Under the pieces are notes generated by a model. That model saw only the letters and a list, made by a program, of their open reading frames with translations. It was not told the DNA's origin and did no database searches. Position numbers and translations under genes: made by a program. A DNA stretch of 11,351 nt from Candidatus Eiseniibacteriota bacterium (GTDB lineage: Bacteria; Eisenbacteria; RBG-16-71-46; DASYSL01), in NCBI GenBank assembly GCA_046598045.1, contig JBKJJJ010000187.1, forward strand, positions 1 to 11,351. Direction: 5' to 3'. Of this stretch, positions 6,686-11,351 are shown piece after piece; position 1 is the stretch's first letter, and every line of letters begins with the position of its first letter.

Positions 6686-6717
6686 TTGTGATTTGTTTCA
6701 CATGGCGCAATGTAGCA
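6686..6717 (-). promoter_or_regulatory. Putative promoter (extended -10 TGcTACATT, 6717-6709) with a TGTGA-N6-TCACA box (6687-6702), Rex/CRP-FNR-like
   Basis: TTGTGATTTGTTTCACAT at 6686-6703 lies in an AT-rich patch. It fully matches the CRP core and 12 of 14 positions of the Rex consensus TTGTGAA-N4-TTCACAA. Confidence 0.6.
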
Positions 6718-6739
6718 CACGCGTTCCGACACGCGCGAA

Positions 6740-6765
6740 CGGCCCCGGGGGATCCCCCGGGGCCG
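6740..6765. terminator. Perfect 26-bp GC-rich palindrome; possible terminator or stabilising hairpin after the PPIase genes
   Basis: CGGCCCCGGGGGATCCCCCGGGGCCG, about 30 nt downstream of the stop at 6796. Only a short GTT tail follows on the minus strand. Confidence 0.45.
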
Positions 6766-6795
6766 CGCACAAATCACATGAACGGAGGCGGCGAG

Positions 6796-7377
6796 CTACT
6801 TGAGGCGCTTGATGATATGCCATCCGAAAGGACTGGCCTTGAGGTCGTAGTTCGCGATCCCCACGTTGCCGACGGAGAGGCTGAACGCCGCGTCGCTGAA
6901 CCCCTTCACCATGCCGCTGCGCGGGAACTCCTGCTTGGTCTTGTCGGGCGTGACACCGTTGTTCGCCAGGTCGTAGACACCCGGGAACTGGTCGTCGGTG
7001 TACTGCTGCACGAGCCCGTCCATGGCCTCGCCCTTGCGCGCCTTCTCCAGCACCTCGTTCGCGAGCTTCTCGGCCTCGGCCTTGGTGCGCGTCACCGTCT
7101 TGCCGGGAACCGAGCCCTGGAAGCCGATCAGCACGTGCTGCACCACGATGTGCTCGGGCGCCGGGCTCGGCGCGACCGGCATCGTGCCGAGCGTCGCCGG
7201 GGTCGCGGCCTTCGCCGTGTCGGCCGGCGCGGGCGTCGATGGCGTCGCGGCGACGGTGGAATCCGAGGCCTTCGTCGAGGAGGCGGTGTCCTCGGTCTTC
7301 TGGGCACAGCCCTGCGCCACCAACGCGCCGAGCGCGAGCGCCAACAGGACGGGAACGAAACGGGCATTGCGCTTCAT
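6796..7377 (-). CDS. Parvulin (PpiC-type) peptidyl-prolyl cis-trans isomerase, lipoprotein
   Basis: ATG 7377 with AAGGAG SD; signal peptide and lipobox (VAQG-C); Thr/Ala/Pro linker; HIVVQHVLI...MVKGFSDAAFSLSVG...SPFGWHIIKR; 193 aa. Confidence 0.9.
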   Translation of the reverse strand: MKRNARFVPVLLALALGALVAQGCAQKTEDTASSTKASDSTVAATPSTPAPADTAKAATPATLGTMPVAPSPAPEHIVVQHVLIGFQGSVPGKTVTRTKAEAEKLANEVLEKARKGEAMDGLVQQYTDDQFPGVYDLANNGVTPDKTKQEFPRSGMVKGFSDAAFSLSVGNVGIANYDLKASPFGWHIIKRLK

Positions 7378-7403
7378 GTCGAGTCTCCTTGGAGTGGGCG
7401 CGG

Positions 7404-7955
7404 TCACTCGACGCGCTTGATGACGTGGAAACCGTACGGGCTGGTCTTCGCGTCGTAGTCGGCGACGCCGATCTGGCCCACCGCCAGCTTGAAGCCGACG
7501 TTGCCGAACGCGGGGACCATGTTGTCGCGCGGATATTCCTTGGGCGGGCCGGCCGAGACCGCACCGCGGTTCGACATGCCGTAGATGCCCGGCGGCGAGT
7601 CGTCGGTGTGGCGGACGACGAGGTCGTCGTACGACACGCCGGCCTTCGCGCTGTCGAGCAGGCTGTAGGCGAGCACGCGCGCCTCCTCGACGGTGCGCGT
7701 GATGTTCTTGCCCGGCACCGAGCCGGCGAATCCAATCAGGATGTGCTGCACCCGAATGTGGTCGGGCTCCTTGACGGGAGCAGTCGACATCGCTTTCTCC
7801 GTGGTCTGGGCGGTCGACGAGCTGCCGATCGCCTGGGTCTTGGCCCCGCCCTTCGACGCGCAGCCGGCCGCTCCGAGCGCGAGCGGCGCGAGCAGGGCAA
7901 AAAGGACGATTCCGCGCGCAGTCCGGGCCCGCGCGTGTACGACGGTGAGGGTCAT
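7404..7955 (-). CDS. Parvulin (PpiC-type) peptidyl-prolyl cis-trans isomerase, lipoprotein (paralog)
   Basis: ATG 7955 with GGAAGGA SD; lipobox-like GAAG-C; HIRVQHILI...MVPAFGNVGFKLAVG...SPYGFHVIKR; 183 aa. Confidence 0.9.
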   Translation of the reverse strand: MTLTVVHARARTARGIVLFALLAPLALGAAGCASKGGAKTQAIGSSSTAQTTEKAMSTAPVKEPDHIRVQHILIGFAGSVPGKNITRTVEEARVLAYSLLDSAKAGVSYDDLVVRHTDDSPPGIYGMSNRGAVSAGPPKEYPRDNMVPAFGNVGFKLAVGQIGVADYDAKTSPYGFHVIKRVE

Positions 7956-8067
7956 CGGCTTTCCTTCCCTGCTTGGACGACGACGGGATCCGCGCCGCAA
8001 TTCGGGCGGTCGAAGGCGGGAGCGTAGCCCATCCGGGTCCGCGCGAAAAGCCCCGCCTGTGCGCGAC

Positions 8068-8487
8068 TCACAGCGCCGGATCGCCCTCGAAGGCCCGGAC
8101 CTGCGCGCGCAGGGCGTCCGGCATCGGGTAGGACGCCCCCCCGGCGTAGTCGAAGATCACCTGCACCGAGCGCCCCTCGCACACCAACCGGTCGGTCGTC
8201 TCCTCGGCGATGCGATAGGCGCACTCGAACGAACTCCTTCCGAGGCGCGACACGCGGATGCCGACCACGAGGCGTTCGTGCACGAACGCCGGGGACCGGA
8301 AATCGATCGACGTATGCGCGAGGATGAATGGCACCTCCATGTAGTTCGCCTCCCCTGTCATCGCGCGCCAGTACTCCATGCGCGCGACCTCGAAGTAAGT
8401 CACGTAGACTGCGTTGTTGAGGTGCCCCATCGCGTCGGTATCGCGGAAGCGCGGCAAGAGTTGCGCCGTCACCCGGTAGCCCTGCAT
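8068..8487 (-). CDS. Hot-dog fold acyl-CoA thioesterase (YbgC/FadM/4HBT-like)
   Basis: ATG 8487 with GGAGGGAGG SD; PRFRDTDAMGHLNNAVYVTYFEVAR, IDFRSPA and RLGRSSF; 139 aa. It is the C-terminal part of ORF-track 8068..11040. Confidence 0.92.
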   Translation of the reverse strand: MQGYRVTAQLLPRFRDTDAMGHLNNAVYVTYFEVARMEYWRAMTGEANYMEVPFILAHTSIDFRSPAFVHERLVVGIRVSRLGRSSFECAYRIAEETTDRLVCEGRSVQVIFDYAGGASYPMPDALRAQVRAFEGDPAL

Positions 8488-8735
8488 CCTCCCTCCCATC
8501 GGTCGCTCAGCGGGGTGCGTCCGGCGGGTGCATCGCCGCCGTCGAAGTCGGTCTCGACGAAGGCGTCGCCAACCGGGTGGAGCCGGAACAAAACGGGCGT
8601 GACCGCGCATGCGAACAGGAGCACGATCGCCAGACGAAGGCTCCCGGGCGCGCGGTCTGCCCAGGGCGTGTAAGGCGGGACGGCGACCTTGGGCGAGCGT
8701 GCGGCATCGCCGCGCGACACGGAGGGGCGAGGCAT
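8469..8735 (-). pseudogene. Possible truncated membrane-protein remnant or small membrane protein
   Basis: An open frame of 88 aa at most fills the thioesterase-asmA gap. It has one hydrophobic helix (LRLAIVLLFACAVTPVLF) followed by HPVGDAFVETDF. The start is unclear and collides with the asmA start, and the stop overlaps the thioesterase gene. Confidence 0.3.
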
Positions 8736-11351
8736 GGCGGGAAGAGTACACGAGCGGAAGGCCGGCTTGAAGACCCGCAGGCGGACGATCGGCCTCGTGA
8801 CCCTCGGGGGCATCGGGCTGCTCGGAGGCGTGCTGGCGGCGACCGCCTGGGCCACGTTCCCGCCCGAGCGCCTGACCCCGATCGTGCAGCGCGGGCTGGC
8901 GCAGGCGCTCGGTGCGCCGGTCGGTCTCGGACGCGCACAGTTGCGCCTGTTTCCGCCGGTCGGGTTGCGCCTCGAGCGCCTCACCATCGGCGATCCGCGC
9001 GGCTATGCGCGCCCCGCCGCCTGGCCGCGGGGAGGCTTCGCGGAGGCGCATGCGGTCGATGCGAGCCTCGACCTCGCCGCCCTGCTCGCGCACCGCCTGC
9101 GCCTGACCTCGCTCACGTTCGAGGATGCGCGCGTGACGCTGGTGCGCAACGAGCGCGGTGTCGGGAATTGGGAGGGGCTGGCGACCGCGAAGGCCGGGGC
9201 GAAACCGTCGTCCCCGGGCTTCGACGTGGCGCTCGATCGCTTCGCGATCTCGAACGCGCGCGTATCGTCCTACGACGCGCGCGACGGGGCGTGGTTCGAC
9301 GTCGGCCGCCTCGACTCGAAGCTCGCGCTGACACCGGTCGGCCAGGACCGGCGGTTGCGGCTCGAGGCGCGCGCGAGTGGCATCGGGGGTCGCACGCCGT
9401 GGCCGATCGGTGCGCGGCCGATCGAGCTCTCCGCCGACGCCCTCAGCCAGCAGGCCGGCACGGGCTGGCTGCTGCGCCGGATCGCGCTCAAGCGCGGCGC
9501 GTTCCAGGTGAGCGGCCACGGCACGCTCACCGGGCGCGAGCAGGTCCTCGACTTCGCGCTCGACCAGGCGCACGTCCCGTTCGACGCGCTGCTCGAGTTC
9601 GTGCCGCGCGAGGAGACGAAGACCCTCGGCACGCTCGAAGGCAAGGGAGACGTGCGGCTTGCGCTGGTGGCGAAGGGCCCGCTCTCCCACGCGCGGATGC
9701 CGTCCGTGCGCGCGCGTGCGGTCCTCCAGGGGGGCCGGCTGGCGTTCAAGCAACGCGCGCTCGCCGTCGAGGACCTCGCGTTCGACCTGACCGCGACGGA
9801 GCAGGGCGCGGACCTGGCGCGGCTTACGGGGCGCGTCGGCCGCTCGGTATTCGAGGCCTCCGGCATGGCGCGCTCGTGGACCGCGCCGCGCCTGCGAGTG
9901 CGCGTGAAGACCAACGCCGATCTCGCCGACCTCGCGCGCTTCCTGCCGCTCGCCGATTCGACCCGGCTCGCCGGGCGCGCGGCGCTCGACGCCGAGGGCG
10001 CGGGGGCCCCCGGCCCCGGGTTCGGGTGGAGCGGCCGCCTCGCGCTCGCGGGCGTCTCGGCGAGCGGCCTCGGTCTCGGCTATCCGGTCACCGGCGTCAA
10101 CGGGACGATCGCCCTCTCCCCGGGCCGCGCGTCGGGAACGGGGCTGACCGCGCAGCTCGGCCGGAGCGACGTCACGCTCGACGGCACGGTGGAACGCCCG
10201 TTCGCTTTCGTAGCGCAGGCGCTCGGAAAGGCGCGCGGACACGACCCGAACGCGCTCCTGCGGTTCGCCCTGGTGTCGCGCGCGATCGACGGGGACCAAC
10301 TCTTCCCCGCGCGCGCGGATTCGAGCGCGCTGCCGCGCGTGCGCGCCGAGGGCACGTTCCGGATCGGCTCCTTGAAACTCCGGCGCTTCGCCGGCCAGGC
10401 GCTGACGGGCCGCGTCGTCTACCAGGACGGCGTCACCCGGATCGACGACTGCGCGCTCGCGGCGTACGACGGGCGCGTGCGCGGCACCGCGTGGTTCGAC
10501 CTCTCGGACCGGGCCCACCCGCACTACCAGGCGCACGCCACGGCCGAGCAGGTGGACGCGAACCGCCTGCTCTCGGCATGGACGCCCGTGAAGGACGTCG
10601 CATTCGGCGCGCTCCAGATGAAGCTCGATCTCGACGGGTCCGGGTTCACCCCCGCGGAGATCACCCGCGGCCTGAGCGCGACCGGCCTCGCGCAGGTGCT
10701 CGGCGGCAAGCTCGCGGGCGCGGCCGTGTTCGCGAAGCTCGCGGAGTTCACCGGGGTGGACCGCTATCGCATCCTCTCGTTTCGCGACCTCTCGGCGCCG
10801 TTCCGCATCGCCAGGGGGAGGGTCGTGTTCGACCCGGTCGCGCTCGCCACCGGCGGCACCGACTGGCTGGCGAGGGGCTCGGTCGGGCTCGACGGCACGC
10901 TGGCGTTCGACGTCGCGGCGCTCGTCCCGGCGACCGAGGTGAAGCTGCTGCCGGCCTCCCTGACGCGCGTGGCCGGCGCCCTGCTGGAGCCGGACGGGCG
11001 GCTGACGATCGATCTCAGGCTCGGAGGAACGGTCGCGCACCCGACGTTCGGTTGGAACCCGGATCGCACGGCGTCGCGGCTGTTCGCGCGCGGCGAGGAA
11101 TCGCTCGCGGCGCTGACCGAGGCCCTGACCGGCGCCCTCGAGGACACGCTCGCCGCGAGCCGGAAGGCGATCGAGGACCGGGCGGCCGCGGCGGCCCTCG
11201 CGCAGCGCAAGCTGCTCGAAGCCGAGATCGAACGAGAAAAGCAGGCTCTCGGCAAGCAGGCGATGGACGAGCTCGACAAGCTGTTCCGCACGAAGGCCCC
11301 GCCACCGCCGCCGCCCATGGTCGACACGACCGCCGCGACGGTCGCCGCGGG
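8734..11351 (+). CDS. AsmA-family (AsmA / AsmA-like C-terminal) envelope protein; runs off the right edge
   Basis: Absent from the ORF track, consistent with having no stop in the window. ATG 8734 follows GGAGG: MAGRVHERKAGLKTRRRTIGLVTLGGIGLLGGVLAATAWATFPPERL...LGAPVGLGRAQLRLFPPVGLRLERLTIGDP...VTLVRNERGVGNW. Alternating beta-strand pattern; C-terminal GSVGLDGTL...LRLGGTVAHP, then a charged helical and Pro-rich tail. TTG 8767 is an alternative start. Confidence 0.88.
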   Translation, partial: MAGRVHERKAGLKTRRRTIGLVTLGGIGLLGGVLAATAWATFPPERLTPIVQRGLAQALGAPVGLGRAQLRLFPPVGLRLERLTIGDPRGYARPAAWPRGGFAEAHAVDASLDLAALLAHRLRLTSLTFEDARVTLVRNERGVGNWEGLATAKAGAKPSSPGFDVALDRFAISNARVSSYDARDGAWFDVGRLDSKLALTPVGQDRRLRLEARASGIGGRTPWPIGARPIELSADALSQQAGTGWLLRRIALKRGAFQVSGHGTLTGREQVLDFALDQAHVPFDALLEFVPREETKTLGTLEGKGDVRLALVAKGPLSHARMPSVRARAVLQGGRLAFKQRALAVEDLAFDLTATEQGADLARLTGRVGRSVFEASGMARSWTAPRLRVRVKTNADLADLARFLPLADSTRLAGRAALDAEGAGAPGPGFGWSGRLALAGVSASGLGLGYPVTGVNGTIALSPGRASGTGLTAQLGRSDVTLDGTVERPFAFVAQALGKARGHDPNALLRFALVSRAIDGDQLFPARADSSALPRVRAEGTFRIGSLKLRRFAGQALTGRVVYQDGVTRIDDCALAAYDGRVRGTAWFDLSDRAHPHYQAHATAEQVDANRLLSAWTPVKDVAFGALQMKLDLDGSGFTPAEITRGLSATGLAQVLGGKLAGAAVFAKLAEFTGVDRYRILSFRDLSAPFRIARGRVVFDPVALATGGTDWLARGSVGLDGTLAFDVAALVPATEVKLLPASLTRVAGALLEPDGRLTIDLRLGGTVAHPTFGWNPDRTASRLFARGEESLAALTEALTGALEDTLAASRKAIEDRAAAAALAQRKLLEAEIEREKQALGKQAMDELDKLFRTKAPPPPPPMVDTTAATVAA

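Noticed and set aside
6740..6765. Palindrome as a REP/MITE or CRISPR repeat
   Set aside because: Single copy in the window, with no spacers, target-site duplication or transposase.
6796..8487. PPIases and thioesterase as RiPP tailoring enzymes
   Set aside because: Separated from the RiPP operon by engB and the cta operon. The PPIases are exported lipoproteins, and there is no evidence of linkage.
8488..11040. 990-aa minus-strand ORF as a giant thioesterase fusion
   Set aside because: The upstream ~850 codons are mostly the codon-aligned antisense of the AsmA gene, and the thioesterase has its own SD and ATG at 8487.

Overview
GC-rich bacterial window, probably from a diderm (AsmA-family gene, lipoproteins). 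Left end, minus strand: the 5' part of a RiPP biosynthetic operon that the ORF track largely hides. It has a 43-aa Cys/Ser/Thr-rich precursor (2872-3003), a stand-alone LanB glutamate-elimination protein (1967-2875) and a LanB glutamylation-domain protein (1970 to beyond the left edge), with overlapping stop/start codons. engB (3139-3732, +) is transcribed divergently. Centre, minus strand: a heme-copper oxidase maturation operon with a membrane-anchored monoheme cytochrome c, heme A synthase (ctaA), and a heme O synthase fused in frame to a Cox11/CtaG copper-chaperone domain. A TGTGA-N6-TCACA (Rex/CRP-FNR-like) box lies upstream. Right: two tandem parvulin-type PPIase lipoproteins and a hot-dog acyl-CoA thioesterase (minus), a possible gene remnant, and an AsmA-family gene (8734 to beyond the right edge, +). 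No RNA genes, CRISPR arrays or mobile elements were seen. All calls come from manual translation and motif recognition; no database searches were run.
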